Source of the DNA: Nitrospiraceae bacterium UBA6898
GTDB taxonomy: Bacteria; Nitrospirota; Thermodesulfovibrionia; Thermodesulfovibrionales; UBA6898
Reading direction: 5' to 3'
Length of the DNA stretch: 42,454 bases
Assembly: GCA_002448975.1 (NCBI GenBank)
Contig: DKBO01000079.1
Span: forward strand, 1 to 42,454
The notes beneath the pieces were generated by a model. That model did no database searches and was not told where the DNA came from. It was given only the letters and a program-made list of their open reading frames with translations. How positions within the stretch are numbered: the first letter of the stretch is position 1; every line of letters starts with the position of its first letter. Positions 25,876 through 34,503 of this stretch are shown here, piece after piece. Position numbers and translations under genes: made by a program.

Positions 25876-27177
25876 TCACTGCGCGCCGGTACGTTTTTCA
25901 GCCGTAAGAGACCCAGTTCCGCCGGGCTGCAACAGACGCGCATCGCGTGAGGAAAAGGACCGTGCAGAGACATTTGCAATAACACCTTTTATTTTGCCTC
26001 GCCAGTAATTGATCATCTCATGTCTTCGGAAAATGGTATTTTTTCTCTCGATAATTTTTGCCAGATCGCCAAGGCCTTTATCTCTCAAATAAGGGAGCAA
26101 TTCCAGATAATAATAGGGGTCCAATTCTTTCTGGAGACTCATTGTCTTATGCAGGTCGCGTGCCTGGAAGACTTCTGTCCTGTCGAGAACGCCTACTATC
26201 TCGAGCGCCAGCATCGTGCGGAGACATTTCTCACATCTGCCGCAATTCAGCAGGCCCGGTCTATAGCTTTTATAATTGTTACAGACACGCAAATTCTGAA
26301 GTGCCGCTTCCGAGTCGGCGACTATTCTCGTCTTGTCCAGCCTTGACAGGGTGATACCGTCATGCCGAATTCTTAAATTGAGACTGCTGTAGTTCAGATC
26401 AAGGACGGGATGGGTGCCGTAAGGGCGGGGATGTTTTCCGTTTGTGGCTAACGCTTCTTCAGGAAGAGAGTCGGTTGCCGGGATGGATACAACCGTGAGC
26501 CGGCGGGAAAGTGCATGCGCGACAGCAGACAGCGCCGCAGACTGAAATTCATATGTCCAGAATTTGAATTTATTGCCCGCATCTTCCTGCCGGTAATTCA
26601 GGTAGACATTCGTATAGACAGGAATAAGCGTTATGTCCAGTGCATCGGCAGCCCTCTTCATCGGATCAAGAACATATTTGAAGATCTCAGGATCATCCTG
26701 TTCAAGCCCATAGATCAGCAGACCATCTTTAACTGATCCGGGGTGCTCCAATGGATAATCACGACGGTTTGTGAGCAGGGTTGCAAAGGAGTCTATTCCG
26801 CCGGAAAAAAACGACCCCGCACGCGCAGGAGGATGCGGGTGAGAACCGTTTGAGCGCAACGCCGCCTCAATCCGGACCGGCCGGCGTCCAGGTTCATAAA
26901 ACCAATGGCACAGCCACGTCATGGCGGTGAGCAGGCCATTCCTCAGTTCAGGGCAGATTTCACCATCAATGAAAACCCTTTCTTCTCCGAAGTGCAGGGC
27001 AGGGATAGCGCACCCGATTAAGAATGCATGGGGGTCGCAGGACAGGCTCTCTGAAAATTGCTCATCCACTTCAAAGAAAAGATCATAGGCCGGACGTTCA
27101 CAGTCCTCCCAGGTCACCGTCGCCGCGGCCCTCGCTTTGTTGCCGTTTTTTTCTGACCTCAGGTTTTCTATTTTCAT
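25876..27177 (-). CDS. PP-loop (SGGxDS) ATP-pyrophosphatase-like protein with a QueC-like Cys motif and an unknown N-terminal domain
   Basis: 433 aa. GSFFSGGIDSFATLL is the PP-loop. The C-terminal LNCGRCEKCLRTMLAL resembles the QueC-type CxxCxxC zinc site. The first ~120 aa have no motif I recognise. Confidence 0.55.
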   Translation of the reverse strand: MKIENLRSEKNGNKARAAATVTWEDCERPAYDLFFEVDEQFSESLSCDPHAFLIGCAIPALHFGEERVFIDGEICPELRNGLLTAMTWLCHWFYEPGRRPVRIEAALRSNGSHPHPPARAGSFFSGGIDSFATLLTNRRDYPLEHPGSVKDGLLIYGLEQDDPEIFKYVLDPMKRAADALDITLIPVYTNVYLNYRQEDAGNKFKFWTYEFQSAALSAVAHALSRRLTVVSIPATDSLPEEALATNGKHPRPYGTHPVLDLNYSSLNLRIRHDGITLSRLDKTRIVADSEAALQNLRVCNNYKSYRPGLLNCGRCEKCLRTMLALEIVGVLDRTEVFQARDLHKTMSLQKELDPYYYLELLPYLRDKGLGDLAKIIERKNTIFRRHEMINYWRGKIKGVIANVSARSFSSRDARLLQPGGTGSLTAEKRTGAQ

Positions 27178-27181
27178 GCAA

Positions 27182-28396
27182 TCATCCCCTCAGCGAATTT
27201 CCATGGGCTATTTGAAATTGAATGATGTTATCTACAACTTTGCTGTATTCCTCGGTAAATCTTTCTCTCGTGTGGTTTGTCCTCGCAAATTCCCAGGCGC
27301 TCCTGGCCATCGCCTTGAGTTCTTGCCCTGAGAGATCAGAGATCTCTTTCACTGAATTCTTTATCTCTTCGATGGAGCATTTCTCTAAAATCAAGCCGAA
27401 GCTCCCGTCAACGGCAATGCCACATTCATAACTGATAATAGGAATAAGGCCTGCACGCGAGCAATTTATTACAGCTCCTGACCCGCCTTCTGAACACGAC
27501 GGGCTTATTACCCCGACACAGGTATTTGCAACGTCGAGGAATTTTCGGCCGGCAACGTCAACAAACCCCAGATAATGAATATTGGGAGTTTGAAAAAGCT
27601 CTTTATGATAGGCGTCTGTAAAATCCTTTTCTTCTTCCAGCCTGCCGCAGACATAGAGATGGTAATTCGGCATTTCAGCAAAGGCCTCCAAAAGCAGGTC
27701 CAATCCCTTATGAACCGCTCCAAATCCACTGAAATACAAATAATTTGTCCGGGTGATGTCATAATCTTTATCCTCAGGGAAAGGACACATAATCTGTGAC
27801 GGAATGGGAAGGTAAAACACCGGTCTTTGCGCGATACCGTAAGTGCCGGGAGTAAACTGATTTGCGGAAGTAAGGACTATGTCAGCCACCCCGATGCCTT
27901 TTGTGGGTTGCAGTTGCCTTTTGGGTTTCAAGATCAGCTTTCTTCGCTGCTGCAGTTCTACGTGACGTTTATAATTTGCATAATTATGAAACAGCCAATG
28001 AGCCCAAACTATGAGCAAAACCTTTACGCATTCCTGATTAAGCAATGGCCCTATTCTCTCAAGATTTGAATGCACATCAATGAAAATATTATAGTCTTTT
28101 TCCGGCATGAAACGATCATTCTGGTAGTCGATTACATCTACATTATACCCGCGGTCCAGGAAAGCTTGAGCCATTTCCAAACACTGCCACGCAGAAATAT
28201 GCTTTTCCTTGACCGTCGGATCCAAAAAGGGATCCGCCCTGTAGGATAAAAGGACTTGGCCTGCACACGACTCCTTTGTTCTTAAAGATATGCTTTGCCA
28301 TTTTTCCCTTTCCGCTCTGGAAATTCTTCTGACCTCAATACCGGACTTCTGCAGCGCCTTTTTGATTAATCTCTTCACCACGTTATACCCTTTCAC
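27182..28396 (-). CDS. putative GT-B (GT1/GT4-like) glycosyltransferase
   Basis: 404 aa with YLYFSGFGAVHKGLDLLLEAFAEMPNYHLYVCG and ISPSCSEGGSGAVINCSRAGLIPIIS in the C-terminal donor-domain pattern. Confidence 0.6.
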   Translation of the reverse strand: MKGYNVVKRLIKKALQKSGIEVRRISRAEREKWQSISLRTKESCAGQVLLSYRADPFLDPTVKEKHISAWQCLEMAQAFLDRGYNVDVIDYQNDRFMPEKDYNIFIDVHSNLERIGPLLNQECVKVLLIVWAHWLFHNYANYKRHVELQQRRKLILKPKRQLQPTKGIGVADIVLTSANQFTPGTYGIAQRPVFYLPIPSQIMCPFPEDKDYDITRTNYLYFSGFGAVHKGLDLLLEAFAEMPNYHLYVCGRLEEEKDFTDAYHKELFQTPNIHYLGFVDVAGRKFLDVANTCVGVISPSCSEGGSGAVINCSRAGLIPIISYECGIAVDGSFGLILEKCSIEEIKNSVKEISDLSGQELKAMARSAWEFARTNHTRERFTEEYSKVVDNIIQFQIAHGNSLRG

Positions 28397-28398
28397 CG

Positions 28399-29715
28399 TT
28401 AGCTGTTTTTAACGGACTCCTCGGCGCTGTATGTTGTCGTCCACTTCAGAAGCGGCCTTACTGCCCCACCAATATATTTAGTCCAATCCCCACGCGCGGA
28501 ATCTGGATCCATATCATCGACAACGCGGAACGAGATAGCGTTGTCTTCGATAAAACGGGCGACGAATGGTTGCGGTGTCATCATGGCCGCATGGACAAAT
28601 ATTTCCCCATCAGATAGCAAATTGGCTGGAATCAGCGCGGCACTTATATAACGACCCGCCGGACGAGGACGCTGCCTCCACTCAGGATCGATATCTAAGG
28701 TTGTAAATATCTTCATACCTTCATCATTGTAAAGATTAAAATTGGGCACCAGCCAATTCCCCGGTTGAAGCACCTCATACTCCATTTCCAGACAGAACGA
28801 CTGGTTCGTAAGGACGGTATCAGCAACACTACCTTCTTCTGTTCGCATACGGACAGCGCAGAGGCGTACCGTTTGGTCACCTGGTGCATTGCCAAGTTCG
28901 TTCCATTCCCGGTGGGCTCTTTTTTGCGTTCCTTCGCTTAAATAACTGCTTACAACCGTAATCGGAGGACCGTCCATTACTATTTTCCCGTCTTTCAGTA
29001 AAATAATTCGTTCACATAATCGGCCTATGGAAAGTATGTTATGCGACACGAAGAGGACTGTTCTACCACTTCTCCCAATGTCCTGCATTTTATTGAGACA
29101 TTTCTTCTGAAAGCTCGCATCTCCCACCGCGAGCACCTCATCAACTATCAATATCTCCGGCTCTAAATGTGCCGCGACTGCGAAAGCTAATCTTAAATAC
29201 ATACCACTGGAATAATGCTTTACAGGGGTATCAATGAATTTTTCCACCTCGGCAAATGCCACAATCTCATCAAACTTTCTGCTGATTTCGCCTCTTGTCA
29301 TGCCAAGAATTGCACCGTTAAGGTATATATTTTCCCTTCCAGTCAACTCCTGATGAAATCCGGTACCCACTTCCAATAATGAACCCACCCGGCCCCGTAT
29401 TTCTGCAGATCCTTTTGTTGGCTCAGTAATTCGTGAAAGAATTTTTAATAAGGTGCTTTTGCCTGCTCCATTTCGTCCAATAATGCCTACTACCTCGCCC
29501 TGTTTGACATTAAAGGATACATCTTCAAGTGCCCATATGGATTGGTCTAATTCAGCAGCGCCTGCAGCATGTCCGTGCAATAATTTGCCTGCTTTTCTGA
29601 ATGGTGCAACAAAAGAATCAGCAATAGTATCACGCAGGGTTTTATAGCTTTCCTGTCTTCGACCTATATGATATTGCTTACTTAAATTTTCCACACGGAT
29701 TGCGATATTATTCAT
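28399..29715 (-). CDS. wzt: O-antigen/polysaccharide ABC exporter ATP-binding protein with a C-terminal extension
   Basis: 438 aa with Walker A GRNGAGKST, the LLEVGTGFHQELTGRENIYLNG block typical of Wzt/TagH, signature YSSGM, and Walker B ILIVDE. A C-terminal domain of about 190 aa sits where the Wzt carbohydrate-binding domain would be. Confidence 0.9.
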   Translation of the reverse strand: MNNIAIRVENLSKQYHIGRRQESYKTLRDTIADSFVAPFRKAGKLLHGHAAGAAELDQSIWALEDVSFNVKQGEVVGIIGRNGAGKSTLLKILSRITEPTKGSAEIRGRVGSLLEVGTGFHQELTGRENIYLNGAILGMTRGEISRKFDEIVAFAEVEKFIDTPVKHYSSGMYLRLAFAVAAHLEPEILIVDEVLAVGDASFQKKCLNKMQDIGRSGRTVLFVSHNILSIGRLCERIILLKDGKIVMDGPPITVVSSYLSEGTQKRAHREWNELGNAPGDQTVRLCAVRMRTEEGSVADTVLTNQSFCLEMEYEVLQPGNWLVPNFNLYNDEGMKIFTTLDIDPEWRQRPRPAGRYISAALIPANLLSDGEIFVHAAMMTPQPFVARFIEDNAISFRVVDDMDPDSARGDWTKYIGGAVRPLLKWTTTYSAEESVKNS

Positions 29716-29881
29716 TGGTCTTGGTTTATCCTCTCGGTTCTTTGTTTCACGTTTACGGAGAAAGGTACTTATTAAATGTCCCTGCCTCGGACGGCCGGCC
29801 GTCTCCGTTCACCACCCTTGTTTTGAACATCAGATCGAAGTCTATTCCCGGTCGGCTTCCTGTTAAGAAAGTAATTGCACG

Positions 29882-30175
29882 TTACGTCATAGCAGTCCCA
29901 GCACAATTATCTGGGTCATTAACGAGCCCCGTCAATGCTGCAACCTGACCCCAGGTCGATCTGGTTCTCATGCAGCGGCAAAGGCTCTGCCATGCACCAC
30001 TCCGTATACCGTTGTTGTCAAAACCTTTCACCGCAGCCCCGGGCTCGCAGACTGTCTCCTGGCCCTCCACGCACTTCAGACTCCAGTTCGTATAGGGAAT
30101 GGCGCTTGTCGCTGCAGCAGCCGCTACTGAACCGCTCACCGTCAAAAGAAAACTCAGCAGGCGAAGTACTTGCAA
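29882..30175 (-). CDS. hypothetical small secreted Cys-containing protein
   Basis: 97-aa ORF with a TTG start. It has a signal-peptide-like LRLLSFLLTVSGSVAAAAATSA and five Cys in the mature part. The RBS is weak, and an ATG-started ORF in another frame (30018-30203) overlaps its 5' end, so a frameshift or misassigned start is possible. Confidence 0.35.
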   Translation of the reverse strand: MQVLRLLSFLLTVSGSVAAAAATSAIPYTNWSLKCVEGQETVCEPGAAVKGFDNNGIRSGAWQSLCRCMRTRSTWGQVAALTGLVNDPDNCAGTAMT

Positions 30176-30277
30176 CCGAGGTAAACCTATTCATTATCAT
30201 CATTGTGCAGCTGTGCCATGTATTTTAGTTTTATTTACCGGGTACAATAAAAACACTATAGCACGCCGCCTCCGGCG

Positions 30278-31132
30278 CTAGACCACATCTGCGAAGGTCT
30301 TTTCCAGCCGTCTGAAATAGAACAATCCACTTACGAGTAATGCCAGCGCAACACCCGAAGACATCCATATCGTAGAACCGGGGGCGGTATCCGTCGCGAG
30401 GAGCGCCCACCGAAACCCCTCGACCACGCCAACCATGGGGTTAATCGCATAGATCGTTCTCCAGGGTTCGCTCAGGAGACTGCTCGGGTAGGCAATAGGC
30501 GTTGCAAAGAACCATAGTTGTGTTATGAAGGGAATGATATGCTGCACGTCTCTGAATTGTACGTTCATTGCGGAAAGCCACAAGGAAACTCCCAACGCCG
30601 TCACTAATGCGAGCAGCAGGAAGAAAGGCAAAAACATAACATTGATCGTCGGTACAATACCAAAATATAGCGTCATGCCAATAAGGGTAATAAGGGCCAG
30701 GACGAAGTCCAATATCCCGGAGAGAACATTTGCTATCGGGATAGCAAGACGGGGAAAATAGACTTTTTTGATCAGGTTTGAACTGCTGACAAGACTATTA
30801 GATGCCTTGCTCAATCCGTTCGCGAAAAAAGTCCAGGGCACAAGGGCAGCAAAACTGAAGATGGGATAGGGCACTCCGTCAGAGGGTATTTTTGCCAGAC
30901 GGCCAAAGAAGAGGCTGAAGACAACCATGGTCATGAAGGGTTGAATAATGGCCCAGGCAGCCCCCAGGACCGTCTGTTTGTAACGGATTTTGATATCTCG
31001 CCAGACGAGAAAATAAAGGAGTTCCTTGTATTCCCACAATTCTCTCAGTTTAAGGGAAACCCACCCACGGGAAGGTTCGATGCGGATTATCGGAATGTCG
31101 ATTTGAGCAGCGTTAACAGTATCTTTTTCCAT
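30278..31132 (-). CDS. wzm: O-antigen/polysaccharide ABC exporter permease (ABC-2 type)
   Basis: WRDIKIRYKQTVLGAAWAIIQPFMTMVVFSLFFG plus six hydrophobic segments. I chose the ATG at 31132 (MEKDTV...) because GAAAGG lies 5-6 nt upstream. The longer ORF to 31207 runs into a pseudogene fragment. Confidence 0.85.
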   Translation of the reverse strand: MEKDTVNAAQIDIPIIRIEPSRGWVSLKLRELWEYKELLYFLVWRDIKIRYKQTVLGAAWAIIQPFMTMVVFSLFFGRLAKIPSDGVPYPIFSFAALVPWTFFANGLSKASNSLVSSSNLIKKVYFPRLAIPIANVLSGILDFVLALITLIGMTLYFGIVPTINVMFLPFFLLLALVTALGVSLWLSAMNVQFRDVQHIIPFITQLWFFATPIAYPSSLLSEPWRTIYAINPMVGVVEGFRWALLATDTAPGSTIWMSSGVALALLVSGLFYFRRLEKTFADVV

Positions 31133-31204
31133 AGACCCTTTCTTTCTGTTGTGATGTCCTTTCGGATGTATGAGAATCCCGGCTTTGCTCTGCCCCAAGC
31201 CGGT

Positions 31205-31375
31205 CACACAGTCTGTTCTCAGGCAACTCCACGCGGCAAGTAAGCACCCGATCCTTTGCAGTGTTCCGTTTCAGATGGCGCCCCTCGGCCAAGCCCCTTG
31301 GAGGCAGCATTCGGAGTAAACTGTCTCGGAGTTCTGACACTGACCATAGATCATCACGACGCGCTTTCATGATCC
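31205..31375 (-). pseudogene. frameshifted C-terminal fragment of a SAF-type dehydrogenase, paralogous to 33202-33390
   Basis: The fragment translates as MIYGQCQNSETV, then a frameshift, then LLRMLPPRGLAEGRHLKRNTAKDRVLTCRVELPENRLCDRLGAEQ. The intact gene reads YMTYGQCENSDAVKGERLLPMGLAEGCRLKKDISRDHVLTYDDVDLPDNRLCDRLRAEQ. The DNA is alignable, for example gtcacacag(t/c)ctgtt and gagttctg(a/c)cactgaccatag(a/g)tcat. Confidence 0.75.
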
Positions 31376-31444
31376 CCTTAAAGGACACCTATTGCTTGCA
31401 GCCCTTGCGCGGAAAATCTCCCTGTATGAACGGCATGCTTTTCC

Positions 31445-32170
31445 TTATCTTGCACTGCAGGAATAAACTGCATCGAGTATTTCTTCCTGATTGCGGACGA
31501 AGATCCTCATGGCTGTCTCCTCGCCGAAGAGAGAGACTACTTCCCTGAATGCTTCCGAGAGTTGCGGTGGCCGCATCCGCACATCATGGCCATCAGATGC
31601 AACAAAATCAACAAGCCCCATTCTGAGCAATGCGTAACTGACATTTCGGATCTCTCTTCCGAACCCTCCCGTGATACTCTGGGCCGTTATCTGCGACATT
31701 GCACCGCATTCCCTCAATCTCCTCAGCAGTGCCGGACGCCTCGCGAGGAGAAGATGTCGTTCGGGATGCGTGATTATCGGGATGACCTTGTGCTGCCGAA
31801 GTTCAAGGATAAGGTCCTCCAATCGGGGCGGGAGTGCGAGGGAGGGGAATTCAAGAAGGAGATAGCCAGAGCCGTTCAGGGTCGGGATGTCTTCATTTTC
31901 TATCCTCTCCAGAAGATTATGACATATTCTTACGTCAGCGCCATACAGGAGCTGCAGACCGTTGGGAAGACTGCCTTTCAGTTTTTCACATGTCTCCTTG
32001 ATCACGGCCGTCCCATTCCGGTAGAGACCATCCAGAATATGCGGTGTTGCAAACATGTGGGTTATACCATCATCGATCGCCATCTTTGCCATGGCAACTG
32101 AATCCTGAACAGCCCCGGGGCCATCGTCTATCCCAGGCAGGATATGGCAGTGAATATCAATAAAGCTCAA
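31445..32170 (-). CDS. cpsB: CpsB/CapC-type PHP-domain protein-tyrosine phosphatase
   Basis: 241 aa with a TTG start overlapping the upstream TGA. It has IDIHCHILPGIDDGP, ATPH and ITHPERH metal-binding motifs. Confidence 0.85.
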   Translation of the reverse strand: MSFIDIHCHILPGIDDGPGAVQDSVAMAKMAIDDGITHMFATPHILDGLYRNGTAVIKETCEKLKGSLPNGLQLLYGADVRICHNLLERIENEDIPTLNGSGYLLLEFPSLALPPRLEDLILELRQHKVIPIITHPERHLLLARRPALLRRLRECGAMSQITAQSITGGFGREIRNVSYALLRMGLVDFVASDGHDVRMRPPQLSEAFREVVSLFGEETAMRIFVRNQEEILDAVYSCSAR

Positions 32171-32451
32171 AAGTGCCTCCCTGTTTGATATGAGCTGAGA
32201 TGCTTTGCGTCATAATCTGCTCCGGCTGTTCCAGGAGAGCACCTTTTTCGTCCCAGCCCTCTCTGATTTGCGTTGTTTACCGTAATCCTATCTCCGTTAT
32301 CCCGAAATTCCGCGTTCGTGACAGCGCAGCCGATTTTTCCCATAAACCGGAACCTATCGGTCACGATCAAGCTTTCAACCCCTGGACAGCTTTCTTCCTT
32401 CATGTCCCTCTGAACGCTTCTTTTCTGTTTCCCCTTATCCTCGAAGATCAT
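32167..32451 (-). CDS. hypothetical 94-aa protein
   Basis: Its start overlaps the upstream stop in ATGA, and its stop overlaps the CpsB TTG start in TTGA. No motif recognised. Confidence 0.4.
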   Translation of the reverse strand: MIFEDKGKQKRSVQRDMKEESCPGVESLIVTDRFRFMGKIGCAVTNAEFRDNGDRITVNNANQRGLGRKRCSPGTAGADYDAKHLSSYQTGRHF

Positions 32452-33227
32452 TGTGCAACAAAGACGGCATTCCTGTTTTCGAGGAATAATACGAAAAGGA
32501 TGAGAATACAGATCAGAATCACGAGCGGCAGAATTATCTTTGAAATCAGCTTTCTCGGTCCGGCCGGCATGACATAATGCACCCGCATCTGTGAAGCGTG
32601 TCTGAGCGGAGCTTTCTTTTTCATGCCCCCCGGCGGTTGAACTGAGACGGGTCTCTTCCGCATGAACTTTCTGTCATATTCCATTCTCTTTCCAGTATCT
32701 TTCAGAACACTATAAACCTCGTTGATTTTGCTCGTACAGCTGACCCAGTTGCCCCCATCACTACGGTGCCTGTCAGGGTGGTAGAGCATCATGAGGCTCT
32801 TCCAGCGATCATGGATCTGGTCAGCCGTTACATTATGGGGCAGCCCCAGGGTGAAATAGTAATCATTCTCGGGATTGAAATATACCCTGTCGAGAATCTT
32901 GTTCAGGTTATCAATCACATAACTCCGATCTATACTGCTCTGAGCCAGGAAACTCTTTGCCCCCGGCGCATCACCCAAGAGATCGATAAAGGCATCGAAA
33001 TTCCTGACAACCTTTATGCTGAATCGCTCCCAGGAAATACCACCCCTAACTTCCCCAATAAATTCAAGGGCATCCTGGTAGTTCACTTGCTTTTTCCCAT
33101 TGTCATGCCGGGATTTCATTCCTTCGTCTGGCCTGTCTTTGCAGATTCGGTCACAATAGACTGTCGGTGAGGCACCCTGTATGTTTCCCCTGAAGAAGAA
33201 CTTATCTCCGGCCAAAAAACAGTTCAT
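32448..33227 (-). CDS. J-domain (DnaJ-like) protein with a C-terminal transmembrane anchor
   Basis: The J-domain is DYYFTLGLPHNVTADQIHDRWKSLMMLYHPDRH...INEVYSVLKDTGKRMEYD, with the HPD tripeptide. The C-terminal hydrophobic helix is ISKIILPLVILICILILFVLFL. The start is uncertain: ATG at 33227 or 33119. The 33296 start would overlap the upstream gene by 95 nt. Confidence 0.7.
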   Translation of the reverse strand: MNCFLAGDKFFFRGNIQGASPTVYCDRICKDRPDEGMKSRHDNGKKQVNYQDALEFIGEVRGGISWERFSIKVVRNFDAFIDLLGDAPGAKSFLAQSSIDRSYVIDNLNKILDRVYFNPENDYYFTLGLPHNVTADQIHDRWKSLMMLYHPDRHRSDGGNWVSCTSKINEVYSVLKDTGKRMEYDRKFMRKRPVSVQPPGGMKKKAPLRHASQMRVHYVMPAGPRKLISKIILPLVILICILILFVLFLENRNAVFVAQ

Positions 33228-34503
33228 TCTGTTCCGCTCGCAGCCTGTCACACAGCCTGTTGTCCGGCAGATCCACATCATCATAGGTAAGCACATGATC
33301 CCGGGAAATATCTTTCTTTAGGCGGCATCCTTCAGCAAGCCCCATGGGGAGCAGTCTCTCGCCCTTAACCGCATCCGAGTTCTCGCACTGACCATAGGTC
33401 ATATAGTAGCCCATGCCATCAAGCACCTGCCCGGCCTTTAGATCTATCTTCGCGGTAGCCACAACATCGACTAACGGTTTGCCAAGCGGTGCGATGGCTG
33501 CGTCGTGGAAGAGCGCAGCCCTGGCAATAGTATTGTGTACCTCAAAGTGGCAGAGATGATAGGGGGTATAGAAACAATAAAGTGGGCCTTCGCCCAGCTT
33601 GTAGAGGTTCAGGTAGTGTTTCTGCATCGGGTGATCATGCGTACCAAGAACAAATACCCCCGGCCCGGGCTCAGCGCCGACTACATAGTCAACGACCCCG
33701 GGGCCTGACAAAAGATCCTCGAGAGGATACCAGGAAACCGCTTCCTTGATGGCAGTTCCTGCCGGCACCGTCGGTCCGTGCATGCCCCGCTTCGCCACCC
33801 TCATTCCCGTAGCATTCGCCACGATAGCCTGTTCAAAGGAGATCTTGGTTCCGTCGGCAAAAGACGTGACCATGTGCGCTTTCTGTCCCCACTTTCGTGC
33901 AAACCCCTCCTGGGTTGTCGGGTTGCGATAGGGGTCCTGAAGACCCTTTATGTTTCCGCACAAAACAGGGCGAACGCCGATCCCTTTGACAAAACGGTAC
34001 AGGTTCATGATTACGCCGGGTTGATCTCCGTCTGCATTCGTCAGAACAACCCCCGCCTTATCAGCATACACCTTCAATACAGGGCCTATTGTTCCGTCAA
34101 GTTCGGCATTCATCATAACGACATGCTTTCCGTGCTCGATCGCTTTCAGCACTACTTCGGCTCCAAACTCAATAGCACCCGTCACTTCGATAACAGCGTC
34201 TATACCGTCGGCTTTGCAGAGAGCCAATGCATCTTCAGTTACCGCGTAATCACCTTTGCTTATCGCCTCCTCCATCTGGGCTACCGTTTCAACGGTTTGT
34301 GTTCTTTCGATGCCCGCCTCGGCATATGCCCGGCGAGCACCTTCGAGATGCCGGTTGGCGATAGCTACCAATTTCATCCCCGGCACATAATTGCATATCT
34401 GTAACGCTATCCCCCTCCCCATAAATCCGGCTCCGATCATGCCGACACGGACAGGGGTCCCGGCTGCATGAAGCTTCTGCAATGCTGTATCAAGAATGAT
34501 CAT
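33202..34503 (-). CDS. NAD(P)-dependent oxidoreductase with a C-terminal SAF-like domain (predicted homoserine-dehydrogenase-like family)
   Basis: 433 aa. It has an N-terminal VRVGMIGAGFMGRGIA Rossmann motif and a C-terminal KAGQVLDGMGYYMTYGQ block. Confidence 0.65.
   Translation of the reverse strand: MIILDTALQKLHAAGTPVRVGMIGAGFMGRGIALQICNYVPGMKLVAIANRHLEGARRAYAEAGIERTQTVETVAQMEEAISKGDYAVTEDALALCKADGIDAVIEVTGAIEFGAEVVLKAIEHGKHVVMMNAELDGTIGPVLKVYADKAGVVLTNADGDQPGVIMNLYRFVKGIGVRPVLCGNIKGLQDPYRNPTTQEGFARKWGQKAHMVTSFADGTKISFEQAIVANATGMRVAKRGMHGPTVPAGTAIKEAVSWYPLEDLLSGPGVVDYVVGAEPGPGVFVLGTHDHPMQKHYLNLYKLGEGPLYCFYTPYHLCHFEVHNTIARAALFHDAAIAPLGKPLVDVVATAKIDLKAGQVLDGMGYYMTYGQCENSDAVKGERLLPMGLAEGCRLKKDISRDHVLTYDDVDLPDNRLCDRLRAEQNELFFGRR

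Noticed and set aside
29790-29803. Perfect palindrome GACGGCCGGCCGTC as a Rho-independent terminator between the small ORF and wzt.
   Set aside because: It has no loop and no following U-tract on the transcribed strand. It is retained only as a note inside the spacer finding.
30205-30225. Minus-strand TGGCACagctgCACA upstream of the small secreted ORF.
   Set aside because: The -24 element is good, but the -12 position reads CACA instead of TTGC. It is not a credible sigma-54 promoter.
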